Below are positions 38,942 through 48,981 of a stretch of 64,000 nucleotides of DNA, piece after piece (the stretch's first letter is position 1; the number at the start of each line of letters is the position of its first letter). The stretch is from the NCBI GenBank assembly GCA_965222605.1, contig OZ244960.1:5856001-5920000 (forward strand), read 5' to 3'. The position numbers and the translations under genes are program-made. Origin of the DNA: Candidatus Latescibacterota bacterium. GTDB lineage: Bacteria > Latescibacterota > UBA2968. The notes under the pieces are model-generated. The model made no database searches and had not been told where the DNA came from. It worked only from the letters and a program-made list of their open reading frames with translations.

Positions 38942-39004
38942 AATCGCTTAAATTAGGCGAAGAATCGCTTAAATTAGGCGAAGAATCGCTTAAATTAGGC
39001 GAAG
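38942..39004. repeat. Perfect 21-bp tandem repeat x3
   Basis: AATCGCTTAAATTAGGCGAAG at 38942, 38963 and 38984. Confidence 0.95.
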
Positions 39005-39031
39005 ATATGTCCAAATGTCAATTGGGTTCTC
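38993..39031 (-). promoter_or_regulatory. Shared promoter block, copy B
   Basis: 34/39 identical to 27809-27847; minus-strand TTGACA-N18-TAATTT. Confidence 0.7.
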
Positions 39032-39201
39032 AGGTTCTTACCGATGGATAGTATATGAGAAAAAGCCAATGTATTAAAGCGGAAATTGACGCTGCCCAAC
39101 TCTGACACGGCGTTTTATTTTATTTTATTTTTTAAATTTAATACCATATTGGTGTTGGGCTTACAAGGTGGGGTTTACAGCATCTTTGAAAGGAGGCTAC
39201 G

Positions 39202-40194
39202 ATGAAAGCAGCCGTTTATTGCGGTCCGCATGATATTCAGGTGGCAGATGTGCCAAAGCCGGAAATCAATGCAAATGAGATTCTGGTGAGGGTAAAAGCG
39301 TGTGGAATCTGTGGGTCGGATCTGCACGTTTATCGCATCGGGCTATTTGAAGAATCTTTAGGGCGTCCGACAGAAAAGGGTCTCGTCATGGGGCACGAGT
39401 TTAGCGGTGAGGTTGTAGAGACGGGGCGAGATGTGCAGCGGTTTCGGGTGGGCGACCACATTTCTGGTGGAGGATTGGGCGGGTTTGCTGAATATCTTCC
39501 CCTGGAAGTCAATCCCAATCGTCCCTACAGGTTGCCCGAGACCATCAGCTTTGAAGAAGGTGCGATGATGGAGCCTCTCGCCACGTCGGTACACGCAGTT
39601 GGTCTGGCAAAACCCACCGAGGGAGAAACAGTGGTCATTCTGGGCGTTGGGATTATCGGTTTGGGATGCATCCAGGTCATACGGGCAACTGCGGGTGGGC
39701 GCATTATCGCGGTTGATGCGTCGCCAAAAAGGTTGGCGATGGCGCGTCAATTGGGTGCGGATGAGATTGTGAACTTGACAGAAGTAGATCCCGTGGAAGC
39801 TGTTATTGAACTCACGGGCGGTGAGCGACCTGTGGAAAGATTTGGTGTGCGGGGAGGAAATGCCGATGTGGTGATCGATTGTGCTGGCGCGAGGACTTCG
39901 CCCAATCAGGGTTTGACCATGCTAAAACAACAAAATGGCCGCCTCGTTCCCGTTGCATTATTTGAAGATCAGCCCGAACTCGATTTCAATCAGGTTGTGC
40001 GCAAGCAAGTCACGCTTCAGGGGTCATGGTCATGGACTCCCGATGATTACACCTATGGGATTGAACTCGTCAGGACCGGAAAAATTGATCGGAAACCTCT
40101 CGTTTCTCATGCTTTTCCACTCGACCAGGCGCCCGAAGCGTTTGCGACACAGGCGAAACCAGATGCTGCGATCAAAATTTTGTTAAAACCGTGA
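39202..40194 (+). CDS. Zinc-dependent MDR dehydrogenase
   Basis: CGICGSD, GHEFSG, EPLA, GVGIIG. Confidence 0.9.
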   Translation: MKAAVYCGPHDIQVADVPKPEINANEILVRVKACGICGSDLHVYRIGLFEESLGRPTEKGLVMGHEFSGEVVETGRDVQRFRVGDHISGGGLGGFAEYLPLEVNPNRPYRLPETISFEEGAMMEPLATSVHAVGLAKPTEGETVVILGVGIIGLGCIQVIRATAGGRIIAVDASPKRLAMARQLGADEIVNLTEVDPVEAVIELTGGERPVERFGVRGGNADVVIDCAGARTSPNQGLTMLKQQNGRLVPVALFEDQPELDFNQVVRKQVTLQGSWSWTPDDYTYGIELVRTGKIDRKPLVSHAFPLDQAPEAFATQAKPDAAIKILLKP

Positions 40195-40216
40195 GTAATC
40201 ATTAAAAGAGGATAGC

Positions 40217-41374
40217 ATGAAGATTACCGATGTTCAAGCATGTGTGATTGGCAAACCCCAATCCCATAGTGGTGGGTGCGTGTGGACATTTGTCCGGATA
40301 TATACCGACGAGGGCATTGTGGGTACGGGCGAATGCAATTCAGCCTCGCAGTACACGGGTTTTGGTTTGAAAGAATCGATTTTAAAAATGAAAGAGATGT
40401 TGATTGGTGAAGACCCGATGAATGTGGGGCCGTTGTACGAGAAAATGCGTCGTCGTGGACGGTATGCGGGTACTACCCATGCACCGCTGATTTTTGCACT
40501 GACCGGCATCGAAAATGCGTTGTACGACATTGTGGGTAAGGCGTTGGAGGTGCCAATTTATCAGTTGTTGGGGGGTAAGTTCCGCGATAAGATCCGGCTC
40601 TACGCCGATTGTCACGCTGGGGATTCGGCCACGCCAGAGGCGTATGCCGAGAAGGCGCTGAGTGTTGTCGAGGAAGGCTACAGCGCGGTGAAATTTGATG
40701 TGGATCATTCGGGTGTGGGCAAGCTTGATCCGATGAATTGGACGGTGGGTTCACGGGAAATGACGCATGTGATTAATTTGATCCGTGCGATTCGCGAGGG
40801 TATTGGTTTCGACATCGATTTGGCGATTGATTGCCACGGCCAGTTTGATTTGCCTTCGGCGATTACGTTGGCAAAAGCTGTGGAAGATGTGCGGTTGATG
40901 TGGTTGGAAGAGCCAGTACCTGCTGAGAATATTGATGCGTTGGCTCAGGTGCGTGCATCTACGAGCACGGTCATTTGCACAGGTGAAAATCATTACACCC
41001 GTTTTGAATTTTTGGAGATGTTCAGACAAAAAGCAGTGGATATCATTATGCCGGATTTGGCCAAATCGGGTGGCATTATGGAGGCCAAGCGCATTGCCGA
41101 AATTGCCGATGCGCATTATATCCCCATTGCGCCACATAATGTGTCGTCCCCCCTGGGCATGATGGCCGCGTGTCATGTACTGGCGACAGTTCCCAACTTT
41201 TTTGTGCTCGAATTTCACGGGCGCGACATTCCGTGGTGGGGCGATCTGTGTGGAGGCGAAGAATTTATCAAAGGGGGCTGGATGGCTGTCTCTGACAAAC
41301 CCGGTATTGGCGTCGAGTTAGATCCTACCGTCGCCAAAACACTGCTGGCTGACGGGGATACCTATTTTGATTGA
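40217..41374 (+). CDS. Mandelate racemase-subgroup acid-sugar dehydratase
   Basis: KFD, DCHG, WLEEP, TGEN, APHN. Confidence 0.88.
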   Translation: MKITDVQACVIGKPQSHSGGCVWTFVRIYTDEGIVGTGECNSASQYTGFGLKESILKMKEMLIGEDPMNVGPLYEKMRRRGRYAGTTHAPLIFALTGIENALYDIVGKALEVPIYQLLGGKFRDKIRLYADCHAGDSATPEAYAEKALSVVEEGYSAVKFDVDHSGVGKLDPMNWTVGSREMTHVINLIRAIREGIGFDIDLAIDCHGQFDLPSAITLAKAVEDVRLMWLEEPVPAENIDALAQVRASTSTVICTGENHYTRFEFLEMFRQKAVDIIMPDLAKSGGIMEAKRIAEIADAHYIPIAPHNVSSPLGMMAACHVLATVPNFFVLEFHGRDIPWWGDLCGGEEFIKGGWMAVSDKPGIGVELDPTVAKTLLADGDTYFD

Positions 41375-41422
41375 GGTTACATCACCCAAAATGGATGAGG
41401 ACACAGCCTGTTTTGGCAGTCG

Positions 41423-42124
41423 TTAGATAAGTTCAATATCGCGCAAGATCCAGGATAGCAGGGTAAATGTGACAAAGACGGGCCGATTTTGTGAATCGAA
41501 TACATAGTGGATGGGCAGTGTGCCATATCCCGTGTGGCGAAAAGAGAGAAAGGATTGGCCGTTGGCTTCGATTTGTTCTGGGCCTTGAAGTAGCTGATCT
41601 GTTTTACAGTACGTGAGTTCGTCAATGGTTGTAAATGCTTCGTCTATTGGTGTGGCGCGATTGGCGAGCGCAAAGAGGAGAATCCACTGACACGATATGG
41701 ATGTATCCGCCGAGAGGTGTTTTTTCCCCGCGTTCATTTCTATGGTCGCGTCCCGAACTGTGCCATTCACGAGCAGGCGTTTATCCGGTGTTTCTGCCTG
41801 GTACCAGTCGAGTTTCCAGTTCTGGATTGATTCTCCAATGCGCTCATCCCGCGTTGTTGTGATTGTTGCTTCGTAAATCTCCTGTCCACCACCATTGCGT
41901 TTTTCAACGATCTGGTATTCTGTTCCATTTTCTTTTTTGTAACGCGAGATTTCCACGGTTCCCATTGGTCTGTCATCGGTCAAACCATTGGGATGCGTGT
42001 TTGTCCACTGTAGAATTTCGTAGGTCAATTTGCAATTGGAATCCAATTGAATGGTTTGGTTTGGGGCATCGTAATTTTGCAATTGCCCGGCGATTGCGTT
42101 GAGTTCGGCTGGTATGGTGTTCAT
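41423..42124 (-). CDS. Hypothetical protein translationally coupled to a sulfatase
   Basis: ATGA overlap with the sulfatase stop, GGAGG RBS; no recognised motif. Confidence 0.7.
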   Translation of the reverse strand: MNTIPAELNAIAGQLQNYDAPNQTIQLDSNCKLTYEILQWTNTHPNGLTDDRPMGTVEISRYKKENGTEYQIVEKRNGGGQEIYEATITTTRDERIGESIQNWKLDWYQAETPDKRLLVNGTVRDATIEMNAGKKHLSADTSISCQWILLFALANRATPIDEAFTTIDELTYCKTDQLLQGPEQIEANGQSFLSFRHTGYGTLPIHYVFDSQNRPVFVTFTLLSWILRDIELI

Positions 42125-43431
42125 GATCCCACCTCCTCTGTCCATCCTTTTCCCTGTTTGAGATTTGCCATTCTCTCTTCTCTTATTCTATCTCTTTCGC
42201 CTGTTTTATCAGGTCCGCTGTAGGGTGTGACGGTGTTTGCGTATTCGGCGAGGTGTGCCGCGTGCTCGCGCTTGATGTTAACCAATCCGGGTTCTGATGC
42301 GAGATTGTGTTTTTCCAGGGGATCGTTTGACAAATCGTACAGGGTGCGTTGACCCGAGTCGTAGAGGATAGATTTGTACTGGTCATCTCGAATGGCGATT
42401 GCACTCGCGTTTTCTCCTATGACGCTTTCCCGCCAGGCGATGGCGTCATTTCCTTCGAGGAATGGGCGCAGGCTATTTGCATACGTGGCGTCGGGTAATG
42501 GGGGTGCGCCGGCGTAGTCGCAGATTGTAGCGGGGATATCCACGCCCGATATGAAGTGCGAATCGCTTTGTCCGCTGGGGATGGTGCCGCGTTGCGAAAT
42601 AACGAGTGGGACTGCCCAGGATTCTTCTTCAAAAAAGCCCTTTAATATCCTTCTGTGATGCCCAGAGCCTTCGCCGTGGTCGGCGGTAAAGATGACCACG
42701 GTATTTTCAATGAGGCCATTGTTTTCCAATGTGTCGCAGATTAAGCCTATCTGAGCGTCAACGGTTTCTACCATTCGGTAACACTGGTAGATGTAATATT
42801 GCCAGTCTGCTTCTGACCAGTGGCTGACCCGGTGTCTCTGGTTTGGCGGGAGGAGGTCGGTGTCAAAATTGCCGGGCAAATCGGGCAGGTTGGGTAACTG
42901 AGGCGCCATGCCGTATTTTCCCACGGGACCGTTGACGCCGCAGACATAACAGCAGTCGTGTGGGTTCAAGAGGCCGACGGATAGGAAGAAGGGGCGATTG
43001 TCATTTGCATGTTCGGTGATGTATTGCGCCGCTGCTCTGGCAGCGCCAGAGTCTTGCAGTTCTCCGTAGGGATGTCTGCCGTAGATCACGTCAAAGCTGT
43101 TGGCAACATCTCGTCCTGTGACATGCCATTTGCCAGAATACACGCAGTTGTAATCGGTGTGTTTTGTCAACCACTGGCCGAGGTCGGGCAGGTTGGGATC
43201 AATGGGGAACGGATTGCTGATAACGCCGTGTTCGATGGACATGCGCCCGGTGTACCAACTTGCGCGCGCAGGGCAGCAGACGGGGTTGGCGCTATAGGAT
43301 CGCCTGAAGGATATGCCTTCCGAGATCAGGCGATCCATATTGGGCGTTGACACCTCTTTGTTCCCATAAGCGGATATCGCGAGGTGATGTTGTTGATCTG
43401 TGTGGATGAATACAATATTGGGTTGGCTCAT
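42121..43431 (-). CDS. Sulfatase (S1 family)
   Basis: PNIVFIHTDQ, CCPAR, GKWH, NPHD, TADHG. Confidence 0.92.
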   Translation of the reverse strand: MSQPNIVFIHTDQQHHLAISAYGNKEVSTPNMDRLISEGISFRRSYSANPVCCPARASWYTGRMSIEHGVISNPFPIDPNLPDLGQWLTKHTDYNCVYSGKWHVTGRDVANSFDVIYGRHPYGELQDSGAARAAAQYITEHANDNRPFFLSVGLLNPHDCCYVCGVNGPVGKYGMAPQLPNLPDLPGNFDTDLLPPNQRHRVSHWSEADWQYYIYQCYRMVETVDAQIGLICDTLENNGLIENTVVIFTADHGEGSGHHRRILKGFFEEESWAVPLVISQRGTIPSGQSDSHFISGVDIPATICDYAGAPPLPDATYANSLRPFLEGNDAIAWRESVIGENASAIAIRDDQYKSILYDSGQRTLYDLSNDPLEKHNLASEPGLVNIKREHAAHLAEYANTVTPYSGPDKTGERDRIREERMANLKQGKGWTEEVGS

Positions 43432-43474
43432 CTTTTTCTCCGGTTTTTTTGTGCTATTTTTAATTATCGTACTA

Positions 43475-44695
43475 CTACAGAGCGGCGAAGGGCAAGGCTG
43501 TCACACCGGAACCGAGTGGAAGGTGTACGTCACCAGGATGCACGACGTATCCCGGCATGGCTGCGCTCTCCATATCTCTTTGGAATATCTTTATAGCCGC
43601 GGCCATGGCAGGGCGTGGCGTAGCAGATAGCTTCACCTCGATCGGTACGAGCTTTCCACCGGTCTCGATTACAAAATCTACTTCGGTTCCCGCCATCGTC
43701 CTCCAGAAGTATATCTGTGGATCGATTCCCCGATGTGTCAATGTCTTGACGATTTCAGAAAGCACTGCTGTTTCCATGATAGCACCTCCCAGGGGACCTG
43801 AGGCGGCATGCTCGGGGTCTTTAAGACCCGCGAGGTAGCAGAGCGTGCCTACATCTGTAAAATATACTTTCGGGGTCTTGACGAGCCGCTTCCCGACATT
43901 GGCAAAGTAAGGGCGCAGCACGATCACCTGGTAGGTGGCTTCGAGCACAGAGAGCCAGGCTTTGATCGTGTTGACCGCCACGCCGAGATCTCGGGCGACA
44001 TCGGTCAGATTCAGGAGTTGGGCACTTCTGCTGGCCAGAATTCGGAGGAAATTTTGATACTGAGTCAGGTCCCCAACCTGTCGCAGCGTACGCACGTCCC
44101 GTTCGAGATAGGTCTGGATATAGCTGGCCTGCCAAAGAGATGCATCGCGGTTGGGTTGTGCCGCGAGTTCTGGGTACCCACCTCGGAGGAAGCCCTGCCA
44201 CAGTTTGCCAAAGACGTTTGGCGATTTCAAAGACGACCAGTGCTCGCGCTCCCACGGAAGAGCAAGCTGCGGACAGCCCTCCATTTCCCGCCTGGAAAGC
44301 GGCAACAAGCGAAGCATTGCCGCGCGACCTGCCAAAGATTCGGTTACTTTCTCCGCGAGCAATAAATTTTGTGAGCCTGTCAACAGGTATTGGCCGTTTT
44401 CATGTCTGTTTGCGTCTATCCTCTCTTTGATGTAGGGTAGCAACTCAGGGGCGTACTGCACCTCATCAAAGATAACCGGAGGCGGATACATTTCCAGGAA
44501 ACTGCGCGGGTCTTGCAGGGCGGACGCCTGAATGTCCAGAGGCTCCAGAGAGACATACCTGCAATGCCTACCAAAGAGATGTTGGAGAAGCGTTGTTTTT
44601 CCCGACTGGCGCGGTCCGGTCAAGACGATAGCGGGAAATTCGGAAGCAGCCCTTTTGAGGACTGATTCCAGCGAACGTTTGATGTAATTTTGCAT
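43475..44695 (-). CDS. AAA_14 ATPase + DUF4143 domain protein
   Basis: GPRQSGKTT, FDEVQ, LTGS, ESLAGR, GGYP, KTPKVYF, EVDF...IEVK. Confidence 0.9.
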   Translation of the reverse strand: MQNYIKRSLESVLKRAASEFPAIVLTGPRQSGKTTLLQHLFGRHCRYVSLEPLDIQASALQDPRSFLEMYPPPVIFDEVQYAPELLPYIKERIDANRHENGQYLLTGSQNLLLAEKVTESLAGRAAMLRLLPLSRREMEGCPQLALPWEREHWSSLKSPNVFGKLWQGFLRGGYPELAAQPNRDASLWQASYIQTYLERDVRTLRQVGDLTQYQNFLRILASRSAQLLNLTDVARDLGVAVNTIKAWLSVLEATYQVIVLRPYFANVGKRLVKTPKVYFTDVGTLCYLAGLKDPEHAASGPLGGAIMETAVLSEIVKTLTHRGIDPQIYFWRTMAGTEVDFVIETGGKLVPIEVKLSATPRPAMAAAIKIFQRDMESAAMPGYVVHPGDVHLPLGSGVTALPFAAL

Positions 44696-44924
44696 ATCGC
44701 AGCTTTAAGTTATGGTCGGTGTCTTCTGTATCGAGTTTCGTTTGTGACGGTTCTCAACGCAAAGGCTTGACAGTTCTTTTGGTGGATAATATGCATTCCA
44801 AATGCATATTGTCAACTCAAAAACGAAGCATCTTGTGATTATTTTTTTGGCTGACAGATCAATCCCGATTGTGTATTTTGTGCTGGAACAGCTCTGTGTC
44901 ACCCCAGTTCAGGAGAAATTTGAG

Positions 44925-45131
44925 ATGAACGATCGAGAACCCCTCGTAACTGTTATCACTGCAACAAATCCCGGCTTGCTCGCGGTGATCAAATCCGTGC
45001 TCGACGATGCCGATATCCCCTGTATAACCCAGGGCGAGGGATTTCAAGTCCTGTACGCAGCGGGACCTGTTGGCGTGCTGGTATTTGAAAGCGACGCCGA
45101 ACAGGCCAGGGCACTTTTAAAAGACCTTTGA
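44925..45131 (+). CDS. DUF2007-like small protein
   Basis: VIKSVLDDADIPC...V.V.ESDAEQARALL; AGGAG RBS. Confidence 0.75.
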   Translation: MNDREPLVTVITATNPGLLAVIKSVLDDADIPCITQGEGFQVLYAAGPVGVLVFESDAEQARALLKDL

Positions 45132-45249
45132 TGTAATCTCCCCGTGCTTTCTATAGAAGGCGATGAGGTTAATTTGATTCAAGTTGAGAGAGCAATAGAG
45201 GTTGCTGTTGTTCAGGTAGTTTATGACAGTACAGTGGACAAGGAGTAAA

Positions 45250-46332
45250 ATGATGGCGTTCAAGCGTACCATCGCAATGGCATTGGCTGGCGGCATTCTG
45301 CTACTTTTTGCCGCCAATACAAGTGCCCAGCGGCAAATGGAGTACCTTCAACGAGGTGTGATAGCGATTCATCAGGGCGAGGGAAGGGTGTTTGTGAGCT
45401 GGCGGATGCTGGGCACCGAACCAGACGAAATAGGCTTCAACCTGTATCGCTCATCGAACGGGGAAGAGCCGCTTAAGCTGAATGATCAGCCCTTGACGCA
45501 AGCGACCAACTTTGTCGATAGGCGTGCAAATCTGAACAGGCCCAATGCTTATTTTGTTAGGCCTGTGCTGAAGGGGCAGGAACAGATGTCGAGCGATCCC
45601 TTCGTGTTGCCTGCACACGCGCAAGCTTATATCTCCATTCCACTTCAGACGCTCGAGGGGTACAGGCCAAACGATGCATCAGTGGGAGATTTGGACGGAG
45701 ATGGCGTATATGAGATTGTCTTACATCAGGCACCGAGAGGACGAGATAATTCAAGGCCGGGCCTGACAGACGCTCCTGTTCTGGAAGCTTATGAACTGGA
45801 TGGTACGTTGCTTTGGCGAATTGATCTGGACATCAATATCCGAGAGGGAGCACACTATACGCAGTTTTTGGTTTACGATCTGGATGGGGATGGCAAAGCC
45901 GAGGTGGTCTGCAAAACGGCTGACGGCACAGTGGATGGAAAGGGGACGGTCATCGGTGATCCGAATGCCGTCTATCGCAATCCCGAAGGCGCTGTGATGA
46001 CCTATCGTTCTCGCCGAACAGGGCAGGAGAGACAGCGCAACGTGGAAGGCTACATCCTGGCTGGCCCGGAATATCTCACCGTGTTTGACGGAAAAACCGG
46101 GGCAGCTCTTGTTACGACGGATTATATCCCGCCCCGTCATCCGACGACCCTCAATCCCACTTCTGAGCAACTCCGGGAAATCTGGGGGGATGGATACGGA
46201 AACCGCGTGGACAGGTTTCTGGCCTGTATCGCCTGGCAGAATGTGGCTTATAATCAACCTCCCCACACGAGTTTCTATATTGGTGGCGATATGGCAACAC
46301 CATCTCGGTCTCCCATTGTCACGCCTCGTTAA
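45250..46332 (+). pseudogene. PL11 rhamnogalacturonan lyase (YesW/YesX-like) with in-frame internal deletion
   Basis: Signal peptide, RQMEYLQRG, NDASVGDLDGDG, NIREGAHY, WGDGYGNRVDRFLA fused directly to the terminal WQNVAYNQPPH motif. Confidence 0.8.
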
Positions 46333-47551
46333 AATTCCACAAACAAGCGCGTGTACCAGAAGGTGCCGTTGTCGTCCCATTTCCGGGCGCAGGTTCTATG
46401 ACTGGAGCCTCCCCCGAAGCGGATCTGCCTTACGCCAGGGCTTGAGGGCAAAACGGCAGCCCAGGCCTTGCTCAATCTCACGCCATTTTTCCTCTTCCCC
46501 CGGTGTGATAAACGTTACCGCCTTTCCCGAACGGCCCATGCGACCAGTTCGTCCGACCCGGTGTGTGAAAAGCTTCTCTGATTCTGGTAAGTCATAGTTG
46601 ATGACCTGGCCGATGCCCTCAACGTCCAGGCCTCGCGCAGCCACGTTTGTTGCCACCAAAATCGGTGCGGTACCGGAACGGAAGGCCATCATCACACGCT
46701 CGCGTGCGTTTTGGCTGAGATCGCCCTGGAGCACTCCTACGGGGTAGCCCAACGTATCGAGCCGTCTCGCCAGCCTCATGACACCGTACCTGGTCTTGCC
46801 AAAGACGAGAACCGGATCGCCGTCCCGCTGGTCCAACTGCGTTTGGAGTGCCTTTATCTTGTCTTTTTTTTGGATGGTATAGACCAGGTGCTCCACGGTG
46901 GGCAGTGTTTGGAGGTCGCCGTCCATCTCCACCGTTACCGGGTTGCGCAGATATTTCTTCGCTGTGTTCGCCACCCACTCAGGCATGGTCGCAGAGAGGA
47001 GAGCGGTCTGTCGCCTGGAGGGCGTCTGGCTAAGGATCGCCTCAACATCTTGGGCAAAACCTTTATCCAGCATTTCATCCGCCTCATCAAGGACAAGGAA
47101 TTGCACTGATCGCAAGTCTAAAGTGCCCTGCCGTAGATGGTCTAGCGTACGGCCCGGGGTCCCAATGATGACCTGGGGTCCGCTCTTCAATGCCTTGTAC
47201 TCTGGCCCCAATGACCGGCCGCCGTAAAGTAATGTCACGCGCAACCGCTGCGATGAAGCCAGGGCATCTGTGACTTTAGCTACCTGAATGGCCAACTCCC
47301 GCGTGGGCACCAGCACAAGAGCCTGGACTCGCCGCACCGATGGGTTTAGACATTCTGCCATGGGTACTGCAAACACCAGCGTCTTTCCAGACCCCGTACG
47401 CGCCTGTCCGATCAAGTCCCGCCCTGCCAGGAGATGGGGGATGGATTTCGCCTGAATGGGCGTAGGCTCTGATATGTTCATCCTGAAAATAGCATCCCTG
47501 GTAGCGACCTTCAGCTCCATCTTAGGAAACACGGCAGCACCGGTGCTATTA

Positions 47552-48452
47552 ACCTTTGGTGCTAGTAGATAAGAAGTTGTAAGTCGCCAGAAGTTTACCT
47601 ATGCTGAATGAGTTAGCACCTCATTCATTCACAGCAGGGAGGTAAACTTCATGACGACTGAAATGCTGATCATTGACCTGTTCTGTCGGGTAGATGATCA
47701 AACGCAAGACCTTGAGAAACATCCTCAAGCCAAGCTCTATCCCAGCGAAGTCATCACGTTGGCCTTGCTTTTTGCGATTAAAGGGGTGGGCAATCGCGCC
47801 TATTATGATTGGCTGATAAACGATTGGCAGCACCTGTTTCCTAACTTACCTCATCGCACGCGCTTGTTTCGCCTCTTTTTAAGGCATCAACACGCCACAA
47901 GCCGATTTTTAGCCGAAAAGAGCGTGTTGGGCATCATTGATAGCTATGGCATTGAGTTGATTCATCCGATCCGAGAAGGCAGAAGTCCTGCTCAGATCGG
48001 GAAGAAAGGCAAATCGAATTATCGCTGGATTGTCGGTGGCAAGCTCTGTCTGTTGATCAATCAATGGGGTCTCATCGTGGATTGGGACTGTCAGACAGCT
48101 AATGTTCACGATACCACCTTCCACCATCTCATCAAGCAGGTGCAATCAGACATGGTCGTCTTTGCCGATGTCGGCTTTCAAAAAGCGCAAGACAACCCAG
48201 AAAACTTAAAAATCTGTCCGCGTGGCACTTGGAATGAGCGCATGGTGGTTGAAACCATCTTATCTATGATGACGCTCGTGTGGCATTTTAAGAAAGTCAT
48301 GCATCGGGTCTGGAGCTATTTTGCAATGCGATTGGCTTTTACCATGGCCGCCTTCAATATCTTGGTACAATGGCAGGGCTTTAAACCCGATGAAGATGGG
48401 TTCATTAACCTTGCCATCGCACACTTCAGAATATAACACTAGCACCAAAGGT
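47552..48452 (+). mobile_element. IS982-like insertion sequence, 901 bp
   Basis: Terminal inverted repeats ACCTTTGGTGCTAGT/ACTAGCACCAAAGGT, AC..GT ends, 5-bp target duplication TATTA (47547-47551, 48453-48457). Confidence 0.88.
47651..48436 (+). CDS. DDE transposase (IS982-like)
   Basis: IIDS, GGKL, ANVHD, ADVGF, R..VET motifs; GGAGG RBS. Confidence 0.85.
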   Translation: MTTEMLIIDLFCRVDDQTQDLEKHPQAKLYPSEVITLALLFAIKGVGNRAYYDWLINDWQHLFPNLPHRTRLFRLFLRHQHATSRFLAEKSVLGIIDSYGIELIHPIREGRSPAQIGKKGKSNYRWIVGGKLCLLINQWGLIVDWDCQTANVHDTTFHHLIKQVQSDMVVFADVGFQKAQDNPENLKICPRGTWNERMVVETILSMMTLVWHFKKVMHRVWSYFAMRLAFTMAAFNILVQWQGFKPDEDGFINLAIAHFRI

Positions 48453-48800
48453 TATTAGCAATGGGTTTAGTCGTAGTAAGTGACCTGCTTACGGGGCCTT
48501 TGGTCGGGGAAGAATGGCCGTTGCGACGGTTTTTGAAGCAAGAGCGACAGTACACCGGCCTGCCTGGTTTTAGCCGGAAAGGGACGGTTGTCAAGGTGTT
48601 GCAATTGGCGCACGCGGTGCGCTTTGCACGGCGAGATGGGCGCGGGTTAGTCGATCGAGATTTACGAGGCATGCGGGAATAGACTCCTTAGTCTAAAGAG
48701 GTGACACAGGTGACTCAGCGTGGGGTAAAAATACGAGCAGGGAAGGCCGATAGGCTACTGCTGCGTGAAACCCGGTGCGCTAATCATAGAAAACGTCGAT

Positions 48801-48842
48801 ACAAACAACAAGCCCCCGATAGGGTCACACATCGGGGGCTTG
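48801..48842 (-). terminator. Hairpin between the tRNA-like element and the helicase (terminator or attenuator)
   Basis: 12-bp stem CAAGCCCCCGAT/ATCGGGGGCTTG followed on the minus strand by TTGTTTGT. Confidence 0.6.
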
Positions 48843-48883
48843 CGTTAAATGCGGTGCCGTATAAGAGTTAGCAGTTGGAAGTT

Positions 48884-48959
48884 TAGCTCTGGCGGTAGGG
48901 CTCAAATAAATGCCCCAGTGGTTAATAGCCACTTGCTCTACTATCTGAGCAACGCCGAA
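48884..48959 (-). ncRNA. Degenerate tRNA-Asn-like element
   Basis: 76 nt: intact D-arm (GCTC/GAGC) and anticodon arm (AGTGG-CTATTAA-CCACT), acceptor stem 6/7 paired, unpaired T-stem, 3' G-CTA. Confidence 0.7.
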
Positions 48960-48981
48960 ATATTATATCCAGCAGCCCCAG

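Larger units (their letters stand above)
46396..48672 (-). pseudogene. DEAD-box RNA helicase with N-terminal CxxC-x17-CxxC zinc ribbon, interrupted by an IS
   Basis: 5' part CANC...VPF..KPGRPVYCRSC (48672-48453); core ARTGSGKT, PTRELA, DEAD, SAT, HRVGRTGR. Removing the IS and one TSD restores the frame (KPIANSTGAAVFPK). Confidence 0.9.

Noticed and set aside
38942-39004. Possible CRISPR array
   Set aside because: Units are contiguous with no spacers and there are no cas genes; it is a tandem repeat.
38913-39014. SSPNLSD-repeat N-terminal extension of the SDR
   Set aside because: It is the translation of the promoter repeat; a good RBS and typical SDR start lie at 38912.
39202-40194. Missing structural-zinc loop as another deletion pseudogene
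   Set aside because: Many MDR enzymes naturally lack this loop and the catalytic motifs are intact.
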